Shown here one piece after another: positions 1 through 9,198 of a stretch of DNA of 21,565 nucleotides. Made by a program: the position numbers and the translations under genes. The stretch is from a virus. The notes beneath the pieces are model-generated. The model was not told the origin of the DNA, did not search any database, and was given only the letters and a program-made list of their open reading frames with translations. Position 1 is the stretch's first letter, and every line of letters starts with the position of its first letter. The stretch is from the UHGV virus genome UHGV-0142951. One strand, written 5' to 3'.

Positions 1-72
1 GGATTTGTTCTATCAGTAATCGACCTTATTCCTAATTAAATAGAGCAAATCCCCTCAATGAAGGGGTAGAGC

Positions 73-276
73 ATGTACCGTATGGACAAAATCAGAGAAT
101 GGTTCAGTTACAGCTTCGGAGGACTGACTGCGATGGGTGGCATTCTCTCCCTGAATGACTGGGCTGTCATCATTGGTATTCTTTGTACTGTCGGCACATT
201 TGGCATCAACTGGTACTACAAGCGCAAAGAGCGCGAGGACAGATTGAATGGCAATGTCACCGGCACTACGAAATAG
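73..276 (+). CDS. Class II holin (pinholin-like), 67 aa, with dual-start motif
   Basis: ORF track 73..276. Two hydrophobic segments ([17 protein letters not shown]; [20 protein letters not shown]) and a charged C-terminus. Met1-Tyr-Arg-Met4 resembles the recalled phage 21 S21 dual start (MKSMDK). SD-like AAGGGG at 61-66. Lies directly upstream of the endolysin gene. Confidence 0.7.
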   Translation: MYRMDKIREWFSYSFGGLTAMGGILSLNDWAVIIGILCTVGTFGINWYYKRKEREDRLNGNVTGTTK

Positions 277-751
277 CGTAATAGCGGCGATAAGTGGCGG
301 GGCTATTGCTATAGCATCTGTCTTAATCACTGGACCAAGTGGTAACGATGGTCTGGAAGGTGTTAGCTACATACCATACAAAGATATTGTTGGTGTATGG
401 ACTGTATGTCATGGACACACCGGAAAAGACATCATGCTCGGTAAAACGTATACCGAAGCAGAATGCAAAGCCCTCCTGAATAAAGACCTTGCCACGGTCG
501 CCAGACAAATTAACCCGTACATCAAAGTCGATATACCGGAAACAACGCGCGGCGCTCTTTACTCGTTCGTCTACAACGTGGGTGCTGGCAATTTCAGAAC
601 ATCGACGCTTCTTCGCAAAATCAACCAGGGCGATATCAAAGGCGCATGTGACCAGCTACGTCGCTGGACATACGCTGGCGGTAAGCAATGGAAAGGGCTG
701 ATGACTCGCCGTGAGATTGAGCGTGAAGTCTGTTTGTGGGGGCAGCAATGA
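248..751 (+). CDS. SAR endolysin (T4-type lysozyme with N-terminal signal-anchor-release domain), 167 aa
   Basis: ORF track 248..751. N-terminal Gly/Ala-rich weakly hydrophobic segment ([19 protein letters not shown]) followed by the lysozyme catalytic spacing Glu37-x8-Asp46-x5-Thr52 ([17 protein letters not shown]). Start overlaps the holin 3' end; GAGGA 8 nt upstream. Confidence 0.85.
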   Translation: MAMSPALRNSVIAAISGGAIAIASVLITGPSGNDGLEGVSYIPYKDIVGVWTVCHGHTGKDIMLGKTYTEAECKALLNKDLATVARQINPYIKVDIPETTRGALYSFVYNVGAGNFRTSTLLRKINQGDIKGACDQLRRWTYAGGKQWKGLMTRREIEREVCLWGQQ

Positions 752-1185
752 GCAGGTTAACCGCGATTATCTCCGCTCTGGTTATCTGCATCATCGTCTG
801 TCTGTCATGGGCTGTTAATCATTACCGTGATAACGCCATTACCTATAAAGAACAGCGCGATAAAGCCACGTACATCATCGCTGACATGCAGAAGCGTCAA
901 CGTGACGTAGCAGAACTCGATGCCAGATATACAAAGGAGCTTGCTGATGCTAACGCGACTATCGAAAGTCTCCGTGCTGATGTTTCTGCTGGGCGTAAGC
1001 GCCTGCAAGTCGCCGCCACCTGTGCAAAGTCAACGACCGGAGCCAGCGGCATGGGCGATGGAGAAAGCCCAGGACTTACAGCAGATGCTGAACTCAATTA
1101 TTACCGTCTCCGAAGTGGAATCGACAAGATAACCGCGCAGGTTAACTACCTGCAGGAATACATCAGGACGCAATGCCTGAAATAA
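748..1185 (+). CDS. Rz-like i-spanin (inner-membrane spanin subunit)
   Basis: ORF track 736..1185 starts at a GTG; I prefer ATG 748, which overlaps the endolysin stop (ATGA) with GGGGG upstream. N-terminal TM segment ([16 protein letters not shown]) then a charged coiled-coil-like periplasmic domain. Contains the embedded +1-frame lipoprotein ORF expected for Rz/Rz1. Confidence 0.75.
   Translation: MSRLTAIISALVICIIVCLSWAVNHYRDNAITYKEQRDKATYIIADMQKRQRDVAELDARYTKELADANATIESLRADVSAGRKRLQVAATCAKSTTGASGMGDGESPGLTADAELNYYRLRSGIDKITAQVNYLQEYIRTQCLK
947..1132 (+). CDS. Rz1-like o-spanin (outer-membrane lipoprotein), embedded in the +1 frame of Rz
   Basis: ORF track 920..1132; preferred start ATG 947 with AGGAG at 935-939 (7 nt spacing). 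Lipoprotein signal peptide [20 protein letters not shown] with lipobox-like GVSAC, followed by a Pro-rich mature region ([13 protein letters not shown]). Wholly contained within Rz. Confidence 0.65.
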   Translation: MLTRLSKVSVLMFLLGVSACKSPPPVQSQRPEPAAWAMEKAQDLQQMLNSIITVSEVESTR

Positions 1186-1216
1186 TTTTTTTGCAAATCA
1201 CAAAGTCCATTTAATG

Positions 1217-1240
1217 AGCCTCGCGATGCGGGGCTTTTTT
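1217..1240 (+). terminator. Rho-independent terminator downstream of the lysis cassette
   Basis: Stem AGCCTCGC (1217-1224) / GCGGGGCT (1228-1235) with one G-U wobble, 3-nt loop, then a T6 run ending at 1240. Confidence 0.5.
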
Positions 1241-1383
1241 ATGTCCGCAGTAAACGCGCATCTCACGCGCATATTAACGAGAGCCTTTCAGTAAGCGAGC
1301 CTGAGAAATGCCGTTATAGGTGGCGACCTCTCTCGGGCGGCTTTTCTGTGAGACAGGCTCACTTTCTAAAAGGTAAAGACGCA

Positions 1384-1926
1384 ATGAACTACCCAACCGT
1401 TGTTAACGATATAGATTTCAGAGACCTAATTTTTGTAGCAAACAACGATCCGGTTACAGATTCTTTTATGGTGGCAAAAGCATTTGGAAAGCTGCCGAAG
1501 AACGTAGTCCGTGACATTGAGCGAACCATAGAAGCTTGCCCTCCTGAGTTTGATACAAAGCTCAACTTTGAGCTTTGCTATAAAAACAATGAGTTACAGA
1601 ATGGTAAGCCGCAAAAATTCTACCGTCTCCGTAAGGATGGGTTGATGCTTTTGGTTATGTCCTACACCAAAAAAGAAGCAATGCGTATCAAAATTGCTTA
1701 CATCAACGCATTTAACTGGATGTACGCCATGCTTCAGGTTGGTCATCGTCAATTTGAAGAAGAGAGAAATGCCGTAATGCTGGAGTACATGAAAGAGAAG
1801 GATGTTGCCAGCATGTCAGGTCGTCTGCTCAATCGCTGGGGAAAAATTAAGAAGCCTCAGCTACTGGCGAGAATTGAACGCCTTGAACAGCACGGGCAAA
1901 CCGTAATCCCCGGACTCACCAATTAA
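1384..1926 (+). CDS. rha: Rha-family phage regulatory protein (pRha domain)
   Basis: ORF track 1348..1926; preferred start ATG 1384 (AAAGG upstream), protein begins MNYPTVVND. Recalled Rha-family features: N-terminal VTDSFMVAKAFGK...NVVRDIE and core RLRKDGLMLLVMSYTKKEAMRIKIAYINAFNWM. Confidence 0.6.
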   Translation: MNYPTVVNDIDFRDLIFVANNDPVTDSFMVAKAFGKLPKNVVRDIERTIEACPPEFDTKLNFELCYKNNELQNGKPQKFYRLRKDGLMLLVMSYTKKEAMRIKIAYINAFNWMYAMLQVGHRQFEEERNAVMLEYMKEKDVASMSGRLLNRWGKIKKPQLLARIERLEQHGQTVIPGLTN

Positions 1927-2084
1927 CGGCAGCACCGCGAAACAACCCAAGCCAGTAAGTGGGGAAATAACACTGGCAGCCACTGAAAGATGAACCTCCT
2001 GCCTTATGGCAAAAAAGATTCTTTGTGGTGGCGGACTGATGGAAAGACATCCTAATCAAGCAACCACTCTACAGGGTCATAATT

Positions 2085-2465
2085 ATGAACGACCAGCAAA
2101 TCGAAAAAGAAATCGTTGAGAAAGGCAAAACCGCTCCGCGAGTTACCCCGCAGCACATCGAAGACGTGATTAAAAGCGAGCATTACTTTACTGCTTATGA
2201 TGGACGTAATGGTGCCATTTCCAGCAACGAATATTGTGGCAGAGAAAAACCAGAAGAAGGCGATCGTGATTTATCACCATTGAAGTTGCTCACTTTCTGC
2301 GTACTGGTGCTGAAGAATGGCTTCACCGTTACCGGAGAGAGTGCCTGTGCAAGTCCGGAAAACTTTGATGCAGAAATTGGTCGGAAGATTGCCCGGCAAA
2401 ATGCTGTAAACAAAATCTGGATGCTCGAAGGTTACTTGCTGAAGCAGAAGCTAAGCGAACAGTAG
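2085..2465 (+). CDS. Conserved phage protein of unknown function, likely the Sf6 gene 66 / N4 gp49-like family
   Basis: ORF track 2085..2465, 126 aa. Sits between the lysis genes and the terminase genes, as gene 66 does in Sf6. Family assignment is from recall of that family, not a search. Confidence 0.45.
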   Translation: MNDQQIEKEIVEKGKTAPRVTPQHIEDVIKSEHYFTAYDGRNGAISSNEYCGREKPEEGDRDLSPLKLLTFCVLVLKNGFTVTGESACASPENFDAEIGRKIARQNAVNKIWMLEGYLLKQKLSEQ

Positions 2466-2568
2466 TTATTACAAAAGCCATTCCCTACAGAGTGGCTTTG
2501 ATAATGGCTTATACCCTACACGGGATAACTTAACTGATATCCCTTTTAACGGATAAACGGAGCCAACA

Positions 2569-2811
2569 ATGGCAGAGATTATTCCCATGACTGAAGAACA
2601 GAAATTCCAGCTAGAGATTTACAAACTGGTCATGAACCAGAACGCAGCCGCAGAGGAAGCATTTCAGTTCATTGGCACTGACGAGCTGAAGCTTGAGCTA
2701 TTCAAAATTCACTTCCAGTCAGGCGGCGCTAATTCAGATATCACGACCCGCACAATCGAAGCGGTACGTAAATCGAAGGAAGCGTTAGACCTGTTCACTA
2801 CGGGAGCGTAA
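2569..2811 (+). CDS. Hypothetical small acidic protein, 80 aa
   Basis: ORF track 2569..2811; ACGGAG upstream of ATG 2569; same strand and tight spacing with neighbours. No recognisable motif. Confidence 0.45.
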   Translation: MAEIIPMTEEQKFQLEIYKLVMNQNAAAEEAFQFIGTDELKLELFKIHFQSGGANSDITTRTIEAVRKSKEALDLFTTGA

Positions 2812-2890
2812 ACATGGCAACTCAAGGTTTCGACAACCCATCCAAATTCCGCGATGAATGGGATAAGCAAGCAGAAGGGAAATAATCAAT

Positions 2891-3316
2891 ATGGCGACTG
2901 AGAAAAAGAAAGGTGGTCGCCCCTCTGATTATATGCCGGAGGTGGCTAATGACATTTGCGCATTGCTTTCCTCCGGTGAGAGTCTGCGCAAAGTTTGCGA
3001 ACGCCCAGGAATGCCGAGCAAAACATCAGTTTTTCGCTGGCTGGCTGAACATCAGGAGTTTCGTGACCAGTACGCGAAGGCAACAGAGACTCGGGCCGAC
3101 TCTATTTTCGAAGAGATATTCGAAATTGCTGACGACGTAATCCCTGATGCCGCAGAGGTGGCAAAGGCAAGACTTCGCGTTGATACCCGCAAATGGGCGC
3201 TGGCCAGAATGAATCCCCGTAAGTATGGCGACAAGGTAACTAATGAGCTTGTCGGCAAAGACGGCGGCGCAATCCAGATTGAAACATCACCGATGAGCAC
3301 TCTATTCGGAAAATGA
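2891..3316 (+). CDS. Terminase small subunit (Sf6 gp1-like / P22 gp3 equivalent)
   Basis: ORF track 2891..3316, 141 aa. Near-identity to my recalled Sf6 gp1 sequence (GRPSDYMPEV...RLRVDTRKWALARMNPRKYGDKV...IQIETSPMSTLFGK). Stop overlaps the next start (ATGA at 3313-3316). Confidence 0.85.
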   Translation: MATEKKKGGRPSDYMPEVANDICALLSSGESLRKVCERPGMPSKTSVFRWLAEHQEFRDQYAKATETRADSIFEEIFEIADDVIPDAAEVAKARLRVDTRKWALARMNPRKYGDKVTNELVGKDGGAIQIETSPMSTLFGK

Positions 3317-4728
3317 CCTCGATTAATCCTATCTTTGAACCGTTCATTGAGGCGCATCGCTACAAAGTCGCCAAAGGCGGTCGAGGTAGCGGTAAGTCAT
3401 GGGCAATTGCTAGGCTGCTTGTTGAGGCGGCGCGTCGGCAGCCTGTGCGTATTCTCTGCGCTCGTGAACTGCAAAACAGTATCAGCGATTCGGTAATCCG
3501 GTTGCTTGAAGACACCATAGAGCGGGAAGGGTATTCGGCTGAGTTTGAAATTCAGCGTTCAATGATCCGTCATCTCGGAACGAATGCTGAATTCATGTTC
3601 TACGGCATAAAAAACAACCCTACGAAGATTAAATCGCTCGAAGGCATTGATATCTGCTGGGTGGAAGAAGCGGAAGCGGTAACAAAGGAATCGTGGGATA
3701 TCCTGATACCAACCATCCGCAAGCCGTTTTCCGAAATATGGGTGAGCTTTAACCCGAAGAACATACTCGACGATACCTATCAGCGATTCGTTGTAAATCC
3801 TCCCGATGATATTTGTCTGCTGACGGTGAACTACACCGACAATCCGCATTTTCCTGAAGTTCTCCGTCTGGAGATGGAAGAGTGTAAACGCAGAAACCCG
3901 ACACTGTATCGTCACATCTGGCTTGGTGAGCCAGTAAGCGCAAGTGATATGGCAATCATCAAACGTGAATGGCTTGAAGCCGCAACCGATGCGCACAAGA
4001 AACTCGGATGGAAAGCGAAAGGCGCTGTTGTCTCTGCGCATGACCCATCAGATACAGGGCCAGATGCTAAAGGTTATGCATCGCGTCACGGTTCGGTAGT
4101 TAAGCGCATTGCCGAAGGTCTGCTGATGGATATCAACGAGGGTGCTGACTGGGCAACTTCGCTGGCGATTGAAGACGGCGCTGACCACTACCTGTGGGAT
4201 GGTGATGGTGTTGGTGCTGGGCTACGCAGACAGACAACGGAAGCGTTCTCCGGCAAGAAAATCACCGCCACGATGTTCAAGGGCAGCGAATCGCCATTCG
4301 ATGAAGATGCACCATATCAGGCCGGAGCATGGGCCGATGAAGTCGTACAGGGCGACAACGTTCGCACTATTGGTGATGTGTTCCGCAATAAGCGAGCACA
4401 ATTCTATTACGCGCTGGCTGACAGGCTGTATCTGACATATCGGGCGGTTGTTCACGGTGAGTATGCAGACCCCGACGACATGCTGAGTTTCGACAAAGAA
4501 GCGATAGGCGAGAAGATGCTGGAGAAGCTGTTTGCAGAACTGACGCAGATTCAGCGCAAATTCAATAACAACGGGAAGCTTGAGCTAATGACTAAGGTCG
4601 AAATGAAGCAGAAGCTCGGTATTCCATCTCCTAACCTGGCTGATGCGCTGATGATGTGTATGCATTGCCCGGAGTCGGCTGCGCAACCCGACTATTCCAG
4701 TTACTCAATTCCTTGTGGTGTAGGTTGA
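3313..4728 (+). CDS. Terminase large subunit (ATPase/nuclease)
   Basis: ORF track 3313..4728, 471 aa. Walker A GGRGSGKS near the N-terminus; N-terminal sequence MTSINPIFEPFIEAHRYKVAKGGRGSGKSWA matches recalled Sf6 gp2. Directly follows and overlaps terS. Confidence 0.95.
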   Translation: MTSINPIFEPFIEAHRYKVAKGGRGSGKSWAIARLLVEAARRQPVRILCARELQNSISDSVIRLLEDTIEREGYSAEFEIQRSMIRHLGTNAEFMFYGIKNNPTKIKSLEGIDICWVEEAEAVTKESWDILIPTIRKPFSEIWVSFNPKNILDDTYQRFVVNPPDDICLLTVNYTDNPHFPEVLRLEMEECKRRNPTLYRHIWLGEPVSASDMAIIKREWLEAATDAHKKLGWKAKGAVVSAHDPSDTGPDAKGYASRHGSVVKRIAEGLLMDINEGADWATSLAIEDGADHYLWDGDGVGAGLRRQTTEAFSGKKITATMFKGSESPFDEDAPYQAGAWADEVVQGDNVRTIGDVFRNKRAQFYYALADRLYLTYRAVVHGEYADPDDMLSFDKEAIGEKMLEKLFAELTQIQRKFNNNGKLELMTKVEMKQKLGIPSPNLADALMMCMHCPESAAQPDYSSYSIPCGVG

Positions 4729-4729
4729 T

Positions 4730-6928
4730 ATGGCAGAAAAAAAGATGACTGACTGGCATCGCAAGGTGCTGTGCAACTTTGATAATGCCTGGTCAGCAAC
4801 GCAGGATATGCGTGAGCAGATTATTGAGGCTCAACGTTTCGTCCGGGTGTCCGGCGCACAGTGGGAAGGCAGCACAAACGCTGGTTACTCATTTGATGAA
4901 GGCAGGTTTGAGCATTACCCGCGCTTTGAACTGAATAAGATTGCCCGTGAATGTGATCGCATCATTGGCGAGTATCGACAGAATCGCATCAGCGTTAAAT
5001 TCAGGCCGAAGGATGACAAGGCATCGGAAGCGTTAGCCGAAAAGATGAACGGCAAATTCCGCGCTGATTATCAGGAAACATCCGGTGGCGAAGCGTGTGA
5101 TAACGCATTTGATGATGCTGTAACGGGCGGATTCGGTTGTTTCCGCATGTGTGCTGATTACGAAGATGAAATGGATCCGAGTAACGAGCAACGCCGTATA
5201 AGCCTTCTCCCTGTTTACGACCCAGCGACATGCGTCTTCTTTGATCAGGACAGCAAGCAATATGACCGCTCTGATGCTATGTGGGCTATGGAAATGTTCT
5301 CCATGACGCCTAAAGCGTTCGAGGCTGAATACCCTGATTCCATCGCGGCAAGCCTTTCTCGTGATGACACTGGTACTCAATATGACTGGTCAACTCCTGA
5401 TGCTATCTATGTTGGTCGCTACTACGAAGTTCGCGTAGAGAAGGTGAAGCTCACAGCATGGCGTAACCCTGTTAGCGGAGAAACGGCAATCTATGATGAA
5501 GATCAAATCAAAGATATTGTCGACGAGCTGACCGATGGCGCATTCGAACTGATTGGTGAGCGGACAGTGAAGAAACGCCGAGTTTATTGCGGTCTTCTGT
5601 CTGGCGCTGAATGGCTGGAAGAACCGAAGCGTATTCCGGGCGAACATATTCCTCTCATCCCGGTATATGGGCGTCGTTCATTTGTTGATAATCAGGAGCG
5701 AATCGAAGGCCACGCTGCAAAAGCGATGGATGCACAGCGTCTTGAGAACCTGATGGTTTCCATGATTGCAGATAACGCTACTCAGGCTGGCGGTGATGGC
5801 ATTCCTATCGTGGATGTTGATTTCATTCCCGGTCCATTAATGAATCACTGGGCAGAGAGGAATAAGAAAAGACCTGCAGTTCTTCCCATGACCAGCAAGA
5901 AGGACAAAAACGGAACGGTCATTTCAGAGGCTCAGGTTGCTGGCTGGACACCTCCGACACAAATGCCTCCAGCTCTTGCCGGGCTATTGCAGTACACCGG
6001 AACGGCTATTCAGCAAATTACAGGTGCGTCGCAGCTTGAGAACATGCCGAGCAACGTCGCTACCGATACCGTTGATAGCATCTTTAACCGGATGGACACG
6101 CAGTCCTATATCTACATGGACAACATGGCTAAATCCATGCGCCGTGCTGGCGTCGTGTGGCTTTCTATGGCTCGTGAAGTCTATGGCAGCGATACGCCAA
6201 TGCGCATCGTTAATGAGGATGACAGCGATGACGTGGCGCTGATGACTGGTGAAGTGGTTGACCGTCAGACAGGGCAGGTTATCGCGCTTAACGACCTTTC
6301 GCAGGGTAACTATGAAGTGACTGTCGATGTCGGTCAGTCGTTCGCTACTCGCCGTGATGCAACGGTTAAGTCGTTACTTTCCATGCTGGCACTTATCCCG
6401 CCAGGAACGCCGAAGCATGACCTTGTATCGTCGATGATTCTCGACAATATGGACGGCGAAGGGATGGACGACCTGAAAGAATACAACCGCAATCAGTTGC
6501 TTCTGTCTGGCGTTATCAAGCCGAGAACGCCTGAAGAACAGCAAATGGTTGAGCAGGCGAAACAACAACAGGCCAGTCAGCCAGATCCGGCTATGGTTGC
6601 AGCGCAAGGTCAGCTTCTTGCAGGTCAGGCTGAATTGCAGAAAGCGCAGAACGAACAGGCAGCCATTCAGGTTAAAGCATTCCAGGCACAGACTGATGCT
6701 CAGGTTGCAGCGGCAAACGTTGTGAAAATCCTCGCATCTGCCGATAGCCAGCAGAAATCTGATATCCGCGAGGCTCTGAAACTGCTCGGACAGTTCCAGC
6801 AACAGCAAGGAGACAATGCCCGTGCTGATGCAGAGCTTGTCCTGAAAAGTCAGGCACAGGGTCATGCGCAGCGCATGGACATCAGCAGCATCCTGCAAAA
6901 ATCAACTCAGCAACAACCACAGCAGTAA
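4730..6928 (+). CDS. Portal protein (P22 gp1-like) with C-terminal Gln-rich helical barrel
   Basis: ORF track 4730..6928, 732 aa. Position immediately after terL; length close to P22 portal (about 725 aa); long Q/A-rich helical C-terminus as in the P22 portal barrel. Confidence 0.9.
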   Translation: MAEKKMTDWHRKVLCNFDNAWSATQDMREQIIEAQRFVRVSGAQWEGSTNAGYSFDEGRFEHYPRFELNKIARECDRIIGEYRQNRISVKFRPKDDKASEALAEKMNGKFRADYQETSGGEACDNAFDDAVTGGFGCFRMCADYEDEMDPSNEQRRISLLPVYDPATCVFFDQDSKQYDRSDAMWAMEMFSMTPKAFEAEYPDSIAASLSRDDTGTQYDWSTPDAIYVGRYYEVRVEKVKLTAWRNPVSGETAIYDEDQIKDIVDELTDGAFELIGERTVKKRRVYCGLLSGAEWLEEPKRIPGEHIPLIPVYGRRSFVDNQERIEGHAAKAMDAQRLENLMVSMIADNATQAGGDGIPIVDVDFIPGPLMNHWAERNKKRPAVLPMTSKKDKNGTVISEAQVAGWTPPTQMPPALAGLLQYTGTAIQQITGASQLENMPSNVATDTVDSIFNRMDTQSYIYMDNMAKSMRRAGVVWLSMAREVYGSDTPMRIVNEDDSDDVALMTGEVVDRQTGQVIALNDLSQGNYEVTVDVGQSFATRRDATVKSLLSMLALIPPGTPKHDLVSSMILDNMDGEGMDDLKEYNRNQLLLSGVIKPRTPEEQQMVEQAKQQQASQPDPAMVAAQGQLLAGQAELQKAQNEQAAIQVKAFQAQTDAQVAAANVVKILASADSQQKSDIREALKLLGQFQQQQGDNARADAELVLKSQAQGHAQRMDISSILQKSTQQQPQQ

Positions 6929-7018
6929 TTAACCCATAACGTGCAATGGCTGTCTTTATGAGGCCTGGCACCCTATTGCCTTCCGATGGGCTGAACATCG
7001 AGTAAACAGGGGTAACAA

Positions 7019-7915
7019 ATGGACCAGATGGCAGAAAACACACCAGAAGTTGAAATCGAAACCGACGCGTCAGAGCAGATTCCTGATGATGTCGAACTGG
7101 CTGAAGAAGTCGAAACAGCAGATGGCAGTGAGTCCTCAGGAAATGATGCAGAGGAAGCTACTGACACTGATGACGACGAATCAGAACAGGAATTCTACTT
7201 TGGTGACGAAAAGCTGGATTCGCCAACCAGCGAAGATGGCGCAGAGCATGGACTGGTAAAACACTTGCGCAAGACGATTAAAGAGAAAGACCGTGAGCTG
7301 AAAGAGCTGATGCGTCAGTCTCAGAAACCCGTCGAGCAGCAGCCGGTAATCACTCAACCACCGCGAATGCCAAAACTGGATGATGAGGACATCGGTTTCG
7401 ATGAAGAAATCTATCAGCAACGCATGGCTAAGTGGGCAGAGGATAACGGCAAATACCAGGAGCAAGTACGAGAGCGGAAACGAGAGGAAGAGGCGCGTAC
7501 CGCAACGCTTCAGCAGAAAGCAGCCAATTACATGCATAGAGTAAAAGCACTGAAAGTGGCTGGTTACCAGGATGCAGAGCAGGCTGTACGCGAAGATGTT
7601 CCTGTTCACATTCAGGACATGATCCTTCTTGAGTCAGAGAAGCCGGAAATCGTTGTTCTGGCACTCGGTCGCAACGCTGAACTGCGCAAGCAACTGGCAG
7701 AAGCTACCAACCCCGTAGCAATTGGTCGTCTGCTGGAACGTATCGAATCGAAGGCCAGAATCATGCCAAAAGCAAAAACCACGGCAGCCACAACCCCGAC
7801 AGTTAAGGGGAGCAACGGCGCAGTAATCAATAACCTCGACAAACTTCTCGAAAAAGCGCGCGACACCGGTGATTACACCGAATACCGGGCGGCGAAGAAC
7901 AAAGCTAAAAAATAA
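7019..7915 (+). CDS. Scaffolding protein (P22 gp8-like)
   Basis: ORF track 7019..7915, 298 aa. Highly acidic N-terminus, charged helical middle, basic C-terminal tail (YRAAKNKAKK). Sits between portal and coat; size close to P22 gp8. Confidence 0.8.
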   Translation: MDQMAENTPEVEIETDASEQIPDDVELAEEVETADGSESSGNDAEEATDTDDDESEQEFYFGDEKLDSPTSEDGAEHGLVKHLRKTIKEKDRELKELMRQSQKPVEQQPVITQPPRMPKLDDEDIGFDEEIYQQRMAKWAEDNGKYQEQVRERKREEEARTATLQQKAANYMHRVKALKVAGYQDAEQAVREDVPVHIQDMILLESEKPEIVVLALGRNAELRKQLAEATNPVAIGRLLERIESKARIMPKAKTTAATTPTVKGSNGAVINNLDKLLEKARDTGDYTEYRAAKNKAKK

Positions 7916-7935
7916 TCCATCGGAGCTAAATACCT

Positions 7936-9195
7936 ATGTCTAACCAGTTAACAAAAGACCTCGAAATCCTCTTTGAGAGCGTCATTGATAGTTTTGAGGC
8001 GTCCAATGTCGTTTCCCGCGAGTGCAGCAAGTTCCGACCGGGCGACATTGAAATGCAGCGCGCTGGCGACGTTGTTTATCGCCCTCAGGGCTACCACCTG
8101 AAAACCGTGAGCGGACTTGATCTGACTTCGGCCACTGCAAACTCACTCGTTCAGCGTCAGGTGCCTGCTCGCTTCCGCGAGCCAGAGAACGTCATCTACG
8201 AACTGGACGCAAAAGAAATGCGCGATCCGTGGCACAAAGAGCAGGCTGGCAAGGCGGCGGGTCGCCAGTTGGCGGCGTGGGTTGATAACATGATCGTCGA
8301 TGAGGTGGTCGCTCGCTCCACCAACGTGGTCACCATTAAATCGGCGTCCACCGGTAGCACTCTCGGCGAAGAACTCTGGAACGCATCGGCTGACGTTGAT
8401 GCAATGATGCTGTCCATTGGTGTGCCTCAGGGTGGTCAGCGCAAGGCGTTCTACAACCCGTTCAACTACAAAGACCTGGCTAAGGAGCTTGGCTCTCGCG
8501 CATATGCGGTCGGTGCAACTCTGACAGCCTATGAGAAAGCTCAGATTCCACCTGTGGCATCCTTCGACAGTTTCCGCGTTGATTATGCTGGCGCAATGAA
8601 GGCTGGTTCAGCTACCGCTGTAACTCTCGGCGGCGCAGTAAAACACAAAGTTACCGCGATGGATTCCAACGGCGCGCCTACCGATAACCGCCAGGGTGAC
8701 ATCACCGTATCCACTGCTGGCGTACTGGCTGTCGGCGATGCATTCACTATCGCAGGCGTTAACAGTGTCCACATGATCAAGAAGGTGGATACAGGTAAGC
8801 CGCAGGTATTCCGCGTCCTGGCAGTAAATGGCACTACCGTTACCATCAGCCCGAAAATTCTGCCACCAGACAACGCGGATAAGGCGTCTATTCCTTACCA
8901 GAACGTTACCGCCAATCCGGTGGCAAACGCGGCGATCACCATCCTCAACAAGAAGGCTGCGGCTTCCAACATCTTCTTCGCTGAGGGTTCTGTTGAGCTG
9001 ATGTATGGCAAGTTGGCATTCCCTACCGGCCAGGGTCCGCAGGTTATGACCGCAAGGACCGAGCAGGGTGCGACCATCATCATGGCTTACCAGTTCGACG
9101 CTAAATCTGGCAAAACGTGGACTCGCTTCACCACGCTGGCTGGCGCAAGCGTACTGGTCCCGGAATTCACCGGCCTGGTACTGGCTAACCAGTAA
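7936..9195 (+). CDS. Major capsid (coat) protein (P22 gp5 / Sf6 gp5-like)
   Basis: ORF track 7936..9195, 419 aa. Position after scaffold; size as for P22-like coat proteins; followed by a strong terminator as in P22. Confidence 0.85.
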   Translation: MSNQLTKDLEILFESVIDSFEASNVVSRECSKFRPGDIEMQRAGDVVYRPQGYHLKTVSGLDLTSATANSLVQRQVPARFREPENVIYELDAKEMRDPWHKEQAGKAAGRQLAAWVDNMIVDEVVARSTNVVTIKSASTGSTLGEELWNASADVDAMMLSIGVPQGGQRKAFYNPFNYKDLAKELGSRAYAVGATLTAYEKAQIPPVASFDSFRVDYAGAMKAGSATAVTLGGAVKHKVTAMDSNGAPTDNRQGDITVSTAGVLAVGDAFTIAGVNSVHMIKKVDTGKPQVFRVLAVNGTTVTISPKILPPDNADKASIPYQNVTANPVANAAITILNKKAAASNIFFAEGSVELMYGKLAFPTGQGPQVMTARTEQGATIIMAYQFDAKSGKTWTRFTTLAGASVLVPEFTGLVLANQ

Positions 9196-9198
9196 TCC

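Noticed and set aside
736-750. GTG start at 736 for Rz suggested by the ORF track
   Set aside because: ATG at 748 overlaps the endolysin stop (ATGA) with a G-rich SD upstream, a more typical coupled start; GTG 736 cannot be excluded.
1927-2084. Intergenic region between rha and the gene 66-like ORF checked for a tRNA or small RNA
   Set aside because: No T-loop-like GTTCxAxTC motif or cloverleaf-compatible inverted repeats seen; no terminator-like hairpin.
2474-2499. Hairpin AAAGCCA / TGGCTTT after the gene 66-like ORF as a terminator
   Set aside because: No U-tract follows the stem (sequence continues GATAATGG), so an intrinsic terminator is not supported.
2891-3316. Attempt to pinpoint the pac site inside terS
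   Set aside because: P22-like phages carry pac within the small terminase gene, but I cannot identify a specific pac sequence here by inspection; left unannotated.
3559-4041. Antisense ORFs inside virion genes (for example 3559..4041, 5033..5380, 6374..6898, 7181..7609, 8583..8873, 11791..12315, 16423..16719 on the minus strand, plus short + frame ORFs nested in the same genes)
   Set aside because: They lie wholly within well-supported long genes on the opposite strand or in alternate frames, lack convincing RBSs, and have no recognisable motifs; typical spurious ORFs.
6530-6928. Gln/Ala-rich repetitive stretch at the portal C-terminus (and similar Q/S-rich tails in the gp7-like and gp20-like proteins)
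   Set aside because: Low-complexity coding sequence typical of the portal barrel and ejection proteins, not a DNA repeat element or mobile element.
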